Source of the DNA: Gaiellaceae bacterium
Lineage (GTDB): Bacteria > Actinomycetota > Thermoleophilia > Gaiellales > Gaiellaceae
Assembly: GCA_050697795.1 (NCBI GenBank)
Contig: JBOHAK010000271.1
Span: 1-31,563 of the forward strand
Direction of reading: 5' to 3'
Length of the DNA: 31,563 nucleotides
A program made the translations under genes and the position numbers. Numbering within the stretch: position 1 is the first letter of the stretch; each line of letters starts with the position of its first letter. This document shows, piece after piece, positions 23,395 to 31,563 of the stretch. Under the pieces are notes generated by a model. That model was not told the origin of the DNA. It ran no database searches and was given only the letters and a program-made list of their open reading frames with translations.

Positions 23395-24501
23395 CTACCA
23401 GACCTTGACCTCGCGGTAGAGCGTGTCCCGCTGCACGGGCACCTTGCCGAGCGCCCTGATCGCCCGCACGAAGTCGTCGGTCGTCGCGCGGTGCGTCGTC
23501 CCGGCGGCGGAGACGACGTTCTCCTCGATCATGACGGAGCCCATGTCGTCGGCGCCGAAGCCGAGGGCGACCTGGCCGACCTTCATCCCCTGGGTCACCC
23601 AGCTCGACTGGATGTGGTCGACGTTGTCGAGGTAGATCCGGCTCACGGCCTGGGTGAGCAGGTAGTCGAACGAGGTCGGCATGGAGTCGGGCGCCACCTG
23701 CGCGGCGAGGCGGTTCCCGTCCGCCTGGAAGGTCCACGAGATGAAGGCGCGGAAGCCGCCCGTCTCGTCCTGGAGCTCCCGGATCTTCCGCAGGTGCTCG
23801 ACGCGGTCCTCGAGCGCCTCCACGTGGCCGTACATCATCGTCGCGGTCGAGGAGACGCCGAGCCGGTGTGCCTCGCGCATGACTCCGAGCCACTCGGCCG
23901 ACTTCGTCTTTTTGGGCGCGATGATCTCCCGCACCCGGTCGACGAGGATCTCGGCCCCGCCGCCGGGGATGGAGTCCAACCCCGCATCACGCAAGCGCGA
24001 GAGCGTCTGCGGGATGGAGAGCTTCGAGCGGCGGGCGATGTGCTGGATCTCGGGCGGCGAGAGGACGTGCAGGTGGACCCGGTAGCGCTCCTTGATCGAG
24101 CGGAAGAGGTCCTCGTAGTACTCGATGCCGAGATCGGGATGATGACCGCCCTGCATGAGTAGCCCCGTCCCGCCGATCGCGAGCGTCTCCTCGATCTTCT
24201 TGAAGATGACCGGCTTGGGGAGGAGGTAGCCCTCGCGTCGGTCGCCGGGGCGGCGGTAGAAGGCGCAGAAGTCGCAGTCGGTGTGGCAGACGTTCGTGTA
24301 GTTGACGTTCCGGTCGATGATGAACGTCACGCGCTTCGGGTCGACCCGCCGGCCGCGCAGCTCGTCGGCCGCCCGCCCCGCGCGCAGGAGCTCGCGGCTC
24401 CGGAGGAGGGCGAGCGCGTCGTCGTCCGAGATCCGCTCACCGGCGAGCGCGCGCTCGAGCACCTCGCCGACGCGGCCGTTGCCGTTTCGGTGCGCAGTCA
24501 C
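23395..24501 (-). CDS. mqnC: Cyclic dehypoxanthine futalosine synthase (radical SAM)
   Basis: GTG 24501 overlaps the mqnA stop; TFIIDRNVNYTNVCHTDCDFCAFYR, LMQGGHHP, PGGGAEIL, HIQSSWVTQG, GSVMIEENVVSAAG. Confidence 0.93.
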   Translation of the reverse strand: MTAHRNGNGRVGEVLERALAGERISDDDALALLRSRELLRAGRAADELRGRRVDPKRVTFIIDRNVNYTNVCHTDCDFCAFYRRPGDRREGYLLPKPVIFKKIEETLAIGGTGLLMQGGHHPDLGIEYYEDLFRSIKERYRVHLHVLSPPEIQHIARRSKLSIPQTLSRLRDAGLDSIPGGGAEILVDRVREIIAPKKTKSAEWLGVMREAHRLGVSSTATMMYGHVEALEDRVEHLRKIRELQDETGGFRAFISWTFQADGNRLAAQVAPDSMPTSFDYLLTQAVSRIYLDNVDHIQSSWVTQGMKVGQVALGFGADDMGSVMIEENVVSAAGTTHRATTDDFVRAIRALGKVPVQRDTLYREVKVW

Positions 24502-25262
24502 GCCGACACCGCCTCCGGGACGACGAAGCGGAGCTCCGGCACGCGCTCGAGCTCGTCGACGTCGCGCGCCAGCTCGAAGAACGTGATCAGGCCCGCCCGC
24601 TCGCGCGGGCCGAAGGTGTAGCGGAGCTTCTCGAAGTAGCGCGCGAGGAAGCCGGCCGGGTAGCCGTAGCGCGCGCTCGCCTCGTGGGCCAGCCGCTCCG
24701 GCTCCGAGCGCGCGACGAGGACGGACTCGACGAGCGCCCCCTCGAGCTCGGCGATGCCCGCGGGCGGCGGGTCCGGGCACGCCCAGACGGCGAACACCAT
24801 GGGCAGGCCCGTTCGCTCGAGCCAGAGGCGGCCGAGGTCGTAGTGCGGGGTCGGGTCCTCGAACGCGCTCCGCAGCGCGGCGTCGCCGATCAGGAGCGTC
24901 GCCTCGGCGTCCTCCCCGAGCGGGACGTGCTCCGCGTCGGGCAGGAGCACCTTGGTGAGGACGACCGACGTCGCGCTCTCCGGCGTCACGGCGACCGATC
25001 GGACCCGCTCGAGCGGCGCACGGGAGACGAGCTGGATCGAGTCGACGGCGCCCTCCGAGCCGACGCAGAGGCGCGGCAGGATGCGGAGGCGGGCCGCGTT
25101 CCGCGCGTACTCGATCGACGAGATCGGCGCGATGTCGATCTCGCCGGCGAGCAGCCGCTCGTTGAGCTCCGTGGGCACGCCGGCGATCTCGTCCACGTCC
25201 GCCCCCAGGCGGTAGAAGACCGGCGCCATGTTCACGTAGGAGATGCGGCCGAGGCGGATCAC
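24498..25262 (-). CDS. mqnA: Chorismate dehydratase
   Basis: RLGRISYVNMAP, PTELN, GAVDSI, SATSV.L, LIGDAAL, DLG..W...TGLPMVFAVW. GTG 25262 (GTGA overlap) preferred over ATG 25274. Confidence 0.92.
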   Translation of the reverse strand: MIRLGRISYVNMAPVFYRLGADVDEIAGVPTELNERLLAGEIDIAPISSIEYARNAARLRILPRLCVGSEGAVDSIQLVSRAPLERVRSVAVTPESATSVVLTKVLLPDAEHVPLGEDAEATLLIGDAALRSAFEDPTPHYDLGRLWLERTGLPMVFAVWACPDPPPAGIAELEGALVESVLVARSEPERLAHEASARYGYPAGFLARYFEKLRYTFGPRERAGLITFFELARDVDELERVPELRFVVPEAVSA

Positions 25263-25687
25263 GCGGACACCCATTGGAAGAAGGTGACGAGGTTCCCGTC
25301 CCGGTCGAGCGTGGCGAACTCGCGCGTCCCGAAGTCGGTCTCCGAGACGCCGTCCCGGGAGACCCGGTGGAGGACGTCGCTCGCGCTGAGCTCCGCGTAG
25401 AGCTCGTCGACCCCCTCCACGCGGATGCGGCAGCTCGCCGTCCCGGCGATGAACGACTCCGCGCCCGAGCGCACCGGCCGGTCGAGCGAGCCGCGCTCCC
25501 GCCAGCTCTCGTCGCTCGCCTCCCAGAGGTGGACGACGGCCTGGTCGCGGCCCAGCACCGCGAAGCCGCCGTCGTGGTGGAGCACCTCGAATCCGAGCCT
25601 ATCCCTGTAGAAGCCGACCGCCGCGGCCGCGTCCCTGACCGGCAGCGCCGGAATCGTCTGGTCGAGGGTGACCGCCACGCCGCTCAC
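25259..25687 (-). CDS. VOC/glyoxalase/bleomycin-resistance family protein
   Basis: IPALPVRD.....FY...LGF, VDELY, TDFGTREF...D.DGNLV.F; GTGA overlaps at both ends. Confidence 0.9.
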   Translation of the reverse strand: MSGVAVTLDQTIPALPVRDAAAAVGFYRDRLGFEVLHHDGGFAVLGRDQAVVHLWEASDESWRERGSLDRPVRSGAESFIAGTASCRIRVEGVDELYAELSASDVLHRVSRDGVSETDFGTREFATLDRDGNLVTFFQWVSA

Positions 25688-26568
25688 GTCCTCCGCAGGA
25701 AGTCGACGACGGCGGCGAGGCTCTCCTCCGGGGCGTCCTCCGGGACGAAGCTGGCGGAGTCCTCGAGCTCGACGGCCTCGCCGGGCAGCCGCTCCTGCCA
25801 GCGTCGCAGGGCCGCCTCGCCGAGCGCGCGGTCGCGCATGCCCCACACGTAGAGGACGGGCTTGCCCGCGAGCGGCGCCAGGTCGGGCAGAGCGGCGCGG
25901 AAGCGCGTCGCCGCGAGGATGCCCGTCCGGCTCGGCCAGCTTCCGTGCGGGGCGAGGTACGCGGCGCGCTCGGTCTCGCCGAGCTGCTCGGGCCGGCGCA
26001 ACCCGCCGCGGAACAGGAACCCGCGCACGTAGAAGTGCGCTCCCTTGACGAGGAGCTCGCGCGTGAGCGGCCAGCGGAACGGGCCCCGCGCGCCGGGCGC
26101 TTCCTGCGAGAACGTGTTGAGGACGACGAGGCGGCGCACGCGCTCCGGGTACGCAGCGGCCCAGGAGAGCCCGATCGGCCCGCCCCAGTCGTGGACGACG
26201 AGCGTGACGCCGTCGAGCTCGAGCTCGTCGGCGAGCGCCGCGAGGTGGCGACCGTGGCGCTCGAGCGAGTACTCCTTGCGGCGCTGCGCCTTGTCGGAGC
26301 GCCCGAAGCCGAGCTGGTCCAGGGCGACGCCGCGGAAGCCCGCCTCGGCGAGCCCGCCGAGGTAGCGCCGGTAGAGGTAGGACCACGTCGGGCTGCCGTG
26401 CAGGAGCACGACGGGCTCGCCGTCGCGCGGCCCCTCGTCCACGTAGTGGAGGCGGACGCCGTCGGTGAAGAGCCACCGCGGCTCGTACGGCCACGTCCCG
26501 CCGAAGCTCCAGTCGCGCGCGTCCACGGCCTGGTGAGTCGGCGTGCGAGCGGGGGCGCCCGCGGCCAT
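25684..26568 (-). CDS. Alpha/beta hydrolase, haloalkane-dehalogenase-like
   Basis: ATG 26568; LHYVDEG, LHGSPTWSYLYR, GFGRSDK, VHDWGG (Asp nucleophile), WGMRD; the catalytic-His position reads Ser. Confidence 0.85.
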   Translation of the reverse strand: MAAGAPARTPTHQAVDARDWSFGGTWPYEPRWLFTDGVRLHYVDEGPRDGEPVVLLHGSPTWSYLYRRYLGGLAEAGFRGVALDQLGFGRSDKAQRRKEYSLERHGRHLAALADELELDGVTLVVHDWGGPIGLSWAAAYPERVRRLVVLNTFSQEAPGARGPFRWPLTRELLVKGAHFYVRGFLFRGGLRRPEQLGETERAAYLAPHGSWPSRTGILAATRFRAALPDLAPLAGKPVLYVWGMRDRALGEAALRRWQERLPGEAVELEDSASFVPEDAPEESLAAVVDFLRRT

Positions 26569-26570
26569 GG

Positions 26571-27680
26571 TCAATCCCACCTCCGCAGCTCGCCGTAGAG
26601 GGTGTCGCGCTGCACGGGCACGCGCCCCGCCTCGCGCACGAAGCGCACGAGCTCCTCGATCTTCTGCTCGGTCTCGGTCGTCGCTCCGGCCGCATGGAAG
26701 ATCTCCTCGCGCACGACCGTGCCCTGCACGTCGTTCGCGCCGAAGTGGAGCGCGACGGCCGCGAGCGGCATGCCCATCATGATCCAGTACGCCTTCACGT
26801 TCGGGACGTTGTCGAGCAGGAGCCGCGAGACGGCCATCATCTTTAGGTCGTCGGAGCCGGCCGTGTGCGTCCAGCCGCGGCGCTCGAAGACGGTGTTCTC
26901 CGGGTGAAAGGCGAGCGGGATGAAGGCGAGGAAGCCGCCCGTCTCGTCCTGCTGCGCGCGCAGGCGCAGGAGGTGGTCGACCCGCTCCTCGTAGGTCTCC
27001 ACATGGCCGTAGAGCATCGTGCAGTGCGTCGGGATGCCGAGCCCGTGGGCGCTCCGGTGCGTGTGGAACCAGAAGTCCGGGTGCTCCTTGCCCGGCGCGA
27101 CTAGCCGGCGCACGCGGTCGGCGAACACCTCGGCGCCGCCGCCGGGGAGGGAGCCGAGCCCGGCCGCCTTGAGCTCCGCGAGCACCTGCTCGTGCGTGAG
27201 CCCGGAGAGCTTCGTCATGTGGTGGATCTCGCTCGCCGTGAAGCACTTGAGATGGACGTCGGGCATCGCCTCGTGGAGCTTCGCGACGATGTCCACGTAG
27301 TAGCCGAAGTCGACGTGCGGGCTCTCGCCGCCGACCATGTGGATCTCGGTGAAGGCGGTGAGCTCGCGCTGCCGGAGCGCGTCCTCGACGAGCTCGCCGG
27401 GGGTGTGAGTGTAGGCGTCCGGCTGCTTCCGGGTGACGGCGAACGCGCAGAACTTGCACTTCACGCGGCAGACGTTCGTCTGGTTCAGGTACAGGTTCTG
27501 GACGAAGTAGACGTCCTGACTCCCGCCGCGGCGCAGTCGCGCCGTGTCGGCAAGTTCCCCGAGTTGGAGAAGATCGTCCGACTCCATCAGGGTGAGGCCG
27601 TCCTCGAAGTCGAGCCGCTCGTCGGCCTCCACCTTCTCCCAGATCCGATCGAGCGCGCGCTGCTCGGCGACGACGGCCAT
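26571..27680 (-). CDS. mqnE: Aminodeoxyfutalosine synthase (radical SAM)
   Basis: ATG 27680; N.YLNQTNVCRVKCKFCAF, EIHMVGG, KCFTASEI, LPGGGAEVF, AFIPLAF, VKAYWIM, GTVVREEIFHAAGA. Confidence 0.92.
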   Translation of the reverse strand: MAVVAEQRALDRIWEKVEADERLDFEDGLTLMESDDLLQLGELADTARLRRGGSQDVYFVQNLYLNQTNVCRVKCKFCAFAVTRKQPDAYTHTPGELVEDALRQRELTAFTEIHMVGGESPHVDFGYYVDIVAKLHEAMPDVHLKCFTASEIHHMTKLSGLTHEQVLAELKAAGLGSLPGGGAEVFADRVRRLVAPGKEHPDFWFHTHRSAHGLGIPTHCTMLYGHVETYEERVDHLLRLRAQQDETGGFLAFIPLAFHPENTVFERRGWTHTAGSDDLKMMAVSRLLLDNVPNVKAYWIMMGMPLAAVALHFGANDVQGTVVREEIFHAAGATTETEQKIEELVRFVREAGRVPVQRDTLYGELRRWD

Positions 27681-28600
27681 CAGCCCTCCCGGTCGACGAC
27701 GAGGTGGGTGAGGGCCTCGAGCGACGCGTGGTCGGGCGCGCCGTCGAGGGCGGCCCGGGCCAGCGCGGCGTGCTCGAGCGCGAAGCCGCGCGAGGTCTCG
27801 AGGGCGTCCGTGGACGCGACCCGCTCGAGCGCGTCCGGCACGTCCGAGCCCGCGAGCGCGTGCCAGACGTCTGGATCCTGCCGCGCGGCGAGGATGAGCG
27901 GTAGCGTCGGCGTCCCGTCGCGCAGGTCGACGCCGGGCGCCTTCCCGGTCGTGTCGAAGTCGCCGGTGCAGTCGAGGATGTCGTCGGCGATCTGGAAGGC
28001 GACGCCGAGCGCCAGGCCGAACGCGCCCAGACCTCCGTCGCGCCCGCCGAGCAGGCACGCGGCCTCGAACAGCTTCCCGGTCTTGAGCGAGCAGCGGAGC
28101 AGGTAGTCCTCGACGGTCGTCTCCGGCCGGAAAGCCTGTCGCCGCTGCAGCGCCTCGCCCCGGGCCAGGGCGAGGCAGGCGTCCGCGAGGGCGCCCACTG
28201 CCCGTGGATCGCCGGCCGCGGCCAGCTGGGCAAAGGCGCGGGCAAAGAGGTAGTCGCCGGTCGCCTCGGCGGCGTCCTTGCCGTGGGCAGCCCACACCGT
28301 TGCGCGCCCGCGGCGAAGATCGGCGCCGTCGAGCAGGTCGTCGTGGACGAGAGTTGCCATGTGCACGAGCTCGACGGCAACACCGCCGGCGACAGCTCGC
28401 TCGGTGCCTCTGCGTTCGGGCGGCGTCGAAAGGAACACGAGCAGGGGTCGCAACCGCTTGCCGCCTGCGGCGAGAGTCTCCGCCCCGGCCACGGCAACGA
28501 GGCCCGGGTAGGCGCTGACCGCCGCCTCGAGCCGCTCCTCGAGCAGGTCGAGGTACGAGTCGAGACCGGGACTCTCTCGGATCGCGGCAAGAGCGTTCAC
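27680..28600 (-). CDS. Trans-polyprenyl diphosphate synthase
   Basis: GTG 28600; GGKRLRP, ELVHMATLVHDDLLD (FARM), RRG, KTG, FQIADDILD (SARM), GK..G.DL..G..TLP. Confidence 0.93.
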   Translation of the reverse strand: MNALAAIRESPGLDSYLDLLEERLEAAVSAYPGLVAVAGAETLAAGGKRLRPLLVFLSTPPERRGTERAVAGGVAVELVHMATLVHDDLLDGADLRRGRATVWAAHGKDAAEATGDYLFARAFAQLAAAGDPRAVGALADACLALARGEALQRRQAFRPETTVEDYLLRCSLKTGKLFEAACLLGGRDGGLGAFGLALGVAFQIADDILDCTGDFDTTGKAPGVDLRDGTPTLPLILAARQDPDVWHALAGSDVPDALERVASTDALETSRGFALEHAALARAALDGAPDHASLEALTHLVVDREG

Positions 28601-29274
28601 GCCTTCGCCCCCACGTGTAACGCGACGATACCGCCGCCGAAGAGCCGCCAGCCGACGCCTGCGAAGCCTGAGCGCTCCATCGCCCCGGCGAGGTCGGCCG
28701 GCCCGGGAAACCTGCGCACGCTCGCGGGAAGGTACGAGTAGGCCGCCCCGCCCGGTAGAACCTTCCCAGCGAGCGGCACGAGCCCGTCGAACCATGCCCG
28801 GAAGAAGGGACGAAGCGCGCCCTGGGGCCGCGTGATCTCGAGGCACCCAAGCCGTCCTCCGGGCACGAGCACACGCGCGAGCTCCCGCAGGCCCGCCTCC
28901 AGATCCTCCAGGTTCCGAACGCCGAAGCCCACCGTCACGACGTCGAACGAACCGTCCTCGAATGGCAGGGCCATGGCGTCTCCCTGGATCCACTCGACGG
29001 TGACGGACTTCCCACGCGCGCGCGACAGCATTTCTTCAGAGAAGTCGACGCCGGTGACGTGACCTCCGGCCCGCTCGGCCGCGACCGCGAGATCGCCGGT
29101 GCCGCAGCAAGCGTCGAGAACCCGGTCCCCTGGCCGAACCACGGCCTCTGCCGCGAGCCGCCGCCAGCGCACGTCGAGCCCGGCGGTCATCGTCCTGTTC
29201 ATCACGTCGTAGACGGGTGCAATCCGGTCGAACATCGTCCGGACGGCCTCTGGCGGCAGGGTGCCCGAGGTCAC
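28597..29274 (-). CDS. menG: Demethylmenaquinone methyltransferase (UbiE/MenG)
   Basis: GTG 29274; MFDRIAPVYDVMN, LDACCGTGD, GDAMALPF, FGVRN, YSYLPAS. Confidence 0.93.
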   Translation of the reverse strand: MTSGTLPPEAVRTMFDRIAPVYDVMNRTMTAGLDVRWRRLAAEAVVRPGDRVLDACCGTGDLAVAAERAGGHVTGVDFSEEMLSRARGKSVTVEWIQGDAMALPFEDGSFDVVTVGFGVRNLEDLEAGLRELARVLVPGGRLGCLEITRPQGALRPFFRAWFDGLVPLAGKVLPGGAAYSYLPASVRRFPGPADLAGAMERSGFAGVGWRLFGGGIVALHVGAKA

Positions 29275-29861
29275 GTCGCTTGCCCCCAACGCTTCGCGAG
29301 CTTGTTCTCGATCCCGAGCTGGTCGAGGCATCGCGCCACGACGAAGTTGACCAGATCGTCAATCGATTCGGGCGCGTGGTAGAAGCCCGGCGCCGCGAAA
29401 AGGATCACGGCGCCCGCCTGTCGCAGCTTCAGCAGCGTCTGCAGATGAATCGAGGAGAGCGGCGTCTCGCGCGGGACGAGGACGAGCCTGCGGCCCTCCT
29501 TGATCGCCACGGACGCGGCGCGGTGGATCAAATTCGACATCGTCCCGGCGGCGATCGTCCCTGCCGTGCCCATCGAGCAGGGGCAGACGACGTAGGCATC
29601 CACCTTCGCCGAGCCGCTCGCGTACGGCGCGCGCCAGTCATCCGGCTCGTACACCGTGACACCTTCCTGACCCTCGAGAAACCGGCGCCGAACCTCGTCG
29701 CGGGGCAGGTCGGCGTCTTCGTAGAGCTCCGTCGCGAGGATCTCGTAGCCGGCGCTCGAGATGCAGATTCCGACCTCACAGCCCGACGCCGTGAGGGAGG
29801 AGAGGAGGCGTGCCGCATAAGGAGCGCCGGAGGCGCCCGTTATCCCCAGAAACACGTTCAT
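29271..29861 (-). CDS. ubiX: Flavin prenyltransferase UbiX
   Basis: GITGASG, ASGS, PCSMGT, NLIHRAA, KEGR.L.LVPRETP, PGFY. Confidence 0.95.
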   Translation of the reverse strand: MNVFLGITGASGAPYAARLLSSLTASGCEVGICISSAGYEILATELYEDADLPRDEVRRRFLEGQEGVTVYEPDDWRAPYASGSAKVDAYVVCPCSMGTAGTIAAGTMSNLIHRAASVAIKEGRRLVLVPRETPLSSIHLQTLLKLRQAGAVILFAAPGFYHAPESIDDLVNFVVARCLDQLGIENKLAKRWGQAT

Positions 29862-30670
29862 CAGTCTTGGGGGCCCTTGGACTGCTCAAGGAACTGCGCG
29901 AGCTGCTGATACTGCTCGTCCGTGAAGTTCTCGAAGGCCGGCATCGGCGAGCCGGGTGTCTCGCAGGAGGGGCACTTCAGATGGGCGATCTGCCAGTCGA
30001 TGCCACGGCCCTTCGTGCCCTCGTCGGTCAGGTCGGGCGCCCCGAGGTTGGAAGAGCCGGCGTTGAGGTAGGTATGGCAACTCAGGCAGCCCGATTGGGC
30101 AAAGAGGACTGCCCCGGCTCTCGCCTGTTCGTTGAGCTTCTGGCGCGCGGCCCACGCGTCGACGACCTCGGTCTCGACGGAACCGGCCTCCTCGGCCGTC
30201 GCGCCCTTGTAGGTGAGGATGCCCATCGAGGCGATGACGAGGCATGCCGCCACGACGGCGACGGGCCGCCGCGACAAGCGTTTTTCGCTCCGCCGGTCGA
30301 TGAACGGTAGGGCCAGTAGCAGGATGATCAGGATCGTCGGGATCCCGACCGTCGCCAGGATGACGGACTCCGGCCACTTGAAGATCCGCAGCAGGTAGAA
30401 GAGGAAGAAGAAGTACCAGTCCGGGCGGGGAATGAACACCGTCGTCCCTGGGTCGGCTTCCTCCGTGTAGCGCGGGCCGAGAATGCCGGAGTCGCCGGCC
30501 TCTTCGCTCGTCGTGAAGTACCAGACGCACGCGAGCCCGGTAATCACCGACACGACGATGAGGCTCATGACGGTGTCGTGGAACATCGCGAACGGGAAGA
30601 ATGGCTTCCCGCGGCGCTCGACGTCCTTCTTGTAGAGCTCGAACTGGCGCCGCTTGTCGTGGTCGGCCAT
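29861..30670 (-). CDS. qcrC: Menaquinol:cytochrome c reductase subunit IV fused to a monoheme cytochrome c
   Basis: GKPFFP, ADP, PRPDWYF (Qo motif), LPFID, CLSCH heme motif, PGSPMP axial Met. Confidence 0.88.
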   Translation of the reverse strand: MADHDKRRQFELYKKDVERRGKPFFPFAMFHDTVMSLIVVSVITGLACVWYFTTSEEAGDSGILGPRYTEEADPGTTVFIPRPDWYFFFLFYLLRIFKWPESVILATVGIPTILIILLLALPFIDRRSEKRLSRRPVAVVAACLVIASMGILTYKGATAEEAGSVETEVVDAWAARQKLNEQARAGAVLFAQSGCLSCHTYLNAGSSNLGAPDLTDEGTKGRGIDWQIAHLKCPSCETPGSPMPAFENFTDEQYQQLAQFLEQSKGPQD

Positions 30671-31491
30671 TACGTCTCCGCCTTCTCGCGCACGGGGCGC
30701 CCCATGCCCCCGTTGCCGCGTGGCCTCGGCTCGACGAGGCCTGCCCTGGGCGGCCTGCCGTCGGTCTCCTCGTAGCCCGCGGCGGCCGGGGTCCAGGGCG
30801 GAGGCGTGACGCCGAGGCGGACGACGAGATAGAGGTGCAGGGTGATCAGGCCGATCAGACCGCCGGGGATCACGAGCATGTGGAACGAGTAGAAGATGCT
30901 CAGCGTGTTCTCGCCGATCTCGGTCCCGCCACGGAGGAAGTCACCCAGGAACGGCCCCACGATCGGCGCGTTCGCGTTGATGTTGATCGCCACGACGGTC
31001 GCCCAGTAGGCCGTCTGGTCCCACGGGAGAAGGTAGCCGGTCAGGCCCTCGAAGAGAGCGAGCGTGAGGATGATCACGCCGACCAGCCAGTTGAGCTCGC
31101 GGGGGTACTTGTAGGCCCCGAAGAGGAAGACCCGCCCCATGTGCAGGAAGAGGAGGATGATGAAGACGCTCGCGCCCCAGCGGTGCATGCCACGAACGAG
31201 CCAGCCGAGCGTGAGCTCGTTCGTGATGTTCTGGATCGAGTCGTACGCCTCGCTCGGCGAGGGCTTGTAGTACATGGCCAGGATCACGCCGGTGACGAGC
31301 TGGACGAGGAACGCGGTCAGTGTCGCCGAGCCGAGCGTGTGGAACCAGTTCGACTCGCGCGGAACCTTGCGGAAGAGGAAGTAGCGGACGCCGCCAAGAA
31401 GCTTCGGATCCCGCTCGTCGAGCCAGTTGAGCGGGGCAAGAACCATCGCCTCGAGCTGCTGGCGTCGTTTGGACTTGACTCGTCTCGCCAC
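30670..31491 (-). CDS. qcrB: Cytochrome b6-like subunit (split cytochrome b, N-terminal part)
   Basis: Q..TG..LAMYY.P, RGMHRWGAS...LHMGR, TGYLLPWDQ, FHML...LHL; four heme-b His residues. Confidence 0.93.
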   Translation of the reverse strand: MARRVKSKRRQQLEAMVLAPLNWLDERDPKLLGGVRYFLFRKVPRESNWFHTLGSATLTAFLVQLVTGVILAMYYKPSPSEAYDSIQNITNELTLGWLVRGMHRWGASVFIILLFLHMGRVFLFGAYKYPRELNWLVGVIILTLALFEGLTGYLLPWDQTAYWATVVAININANAPIVGPFLGDFLRGGTEIGENTLSIFYSFHMLVIPGGLIGLITLHLYLVVRLGVTPPPWTPAAAGYEETDGRPPRAGLVEPRPRGNGGMGRPVREKAET

Positions 31492-31563
31492 TACGGGACG
31501 AAGGGGTAGAAGATCTGCTCAGGACCGTCGACGTGCTGGCCCGGGTCGGCGAGCCGGTAGGCC
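31491..31563 (-). CDS. C-terminal end of the upstream gene, probably the Rieske subunit (partial)
   Basis: ...AYRLADPGQHVDGPEQIFYPFVP*, with the stop overlapping the qcrB start (TAGTG). Identity inferred from position only. Confidence 0.5.
   Translation of the reverse strand, partial: AYRLADPGQHVDGPEQIFYPFVP

Noticed and set aside
20763..23408. 881-aa plus-strand ORF beginning in the repeat element
   Set aside because: Antisense to dedA and the NAGPA gene; its N-terminus is just the translated repeat.
25259..28993. Apparent giant fusions in the ORF track (968, 767, 478 and 437 aa), also 12815-15436 and 3560-4756
   Set aside because: The N-terminal extensions are off-frame readings of upstream genes. 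Real starts sit at or next to the upstream stop codons, so no fusion or frameshift is needed.
28100..31563. Slightly more A/T at third codon positions, suggesting horizontal transfer
   Set aside because: Impression only and not quantified; these are coupled housekeeping genes with no mobility genes or boundary repeats.

Overview
A very GC-rich, gene-dense window, almost all on the minus strand. Gene content and intergenic repeats suggest a deep-branching actinobacterium (Thermoleophilia/Gaiellales-like; this is inference). Four blocks, left to right. (1) 1-8473, a sulfur operon read right to left: stand-alone fumarate-reductase/NadB-family flavoprotein, two-subunit class I Fe-S fumarase/tartrate-dehydratase-like enzyme, phosphosulfolactate synthase ComA, APS/PAPS reductase CysH, APS kinase CysC, ATP sulfurylase Sat and a TauE/SafE exporter. 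A FlgD-Ig protein and a sulfotransferase follow. (2) 8656-14682: MFS transporter, rsgA with a structured leader, a hypothetical protein, a methyltransferase, an Fe-ADH/maleylacetate-reductase-like enzyme and a LysR regulator. (3) 14753-23354, envelope/glycan genes: DUF354, PhoX, PglF/CapD-type dehydratase, DegT aminotransferase, DedA and a NAGPA-family protein. (4) 23395-31563: the end of a split (b6-like) Rieske/cytochrome b operon running directly into a futalosine-pathway menaquinone operon. Best candidate for an undescribed system: block 1 looks like a C3-sulfonate pathway that mirrors the malate/fumarate/succinate steps (sulfate -> sulfite -> phosphosulfolactate -> sulfolactate -> 3-sulfoacrylate -> 3-sulfopropionate -> export). 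Other notable points: two palindromic repeat elements that form mini-ORFs coupled to the next gene, a haloalkane-dehalogenase-like protein lacking its catalytic His, and a probable uORF attenuator upstream of rsgA-MFS. All product calls come from motif recognition by eye, without database searches.
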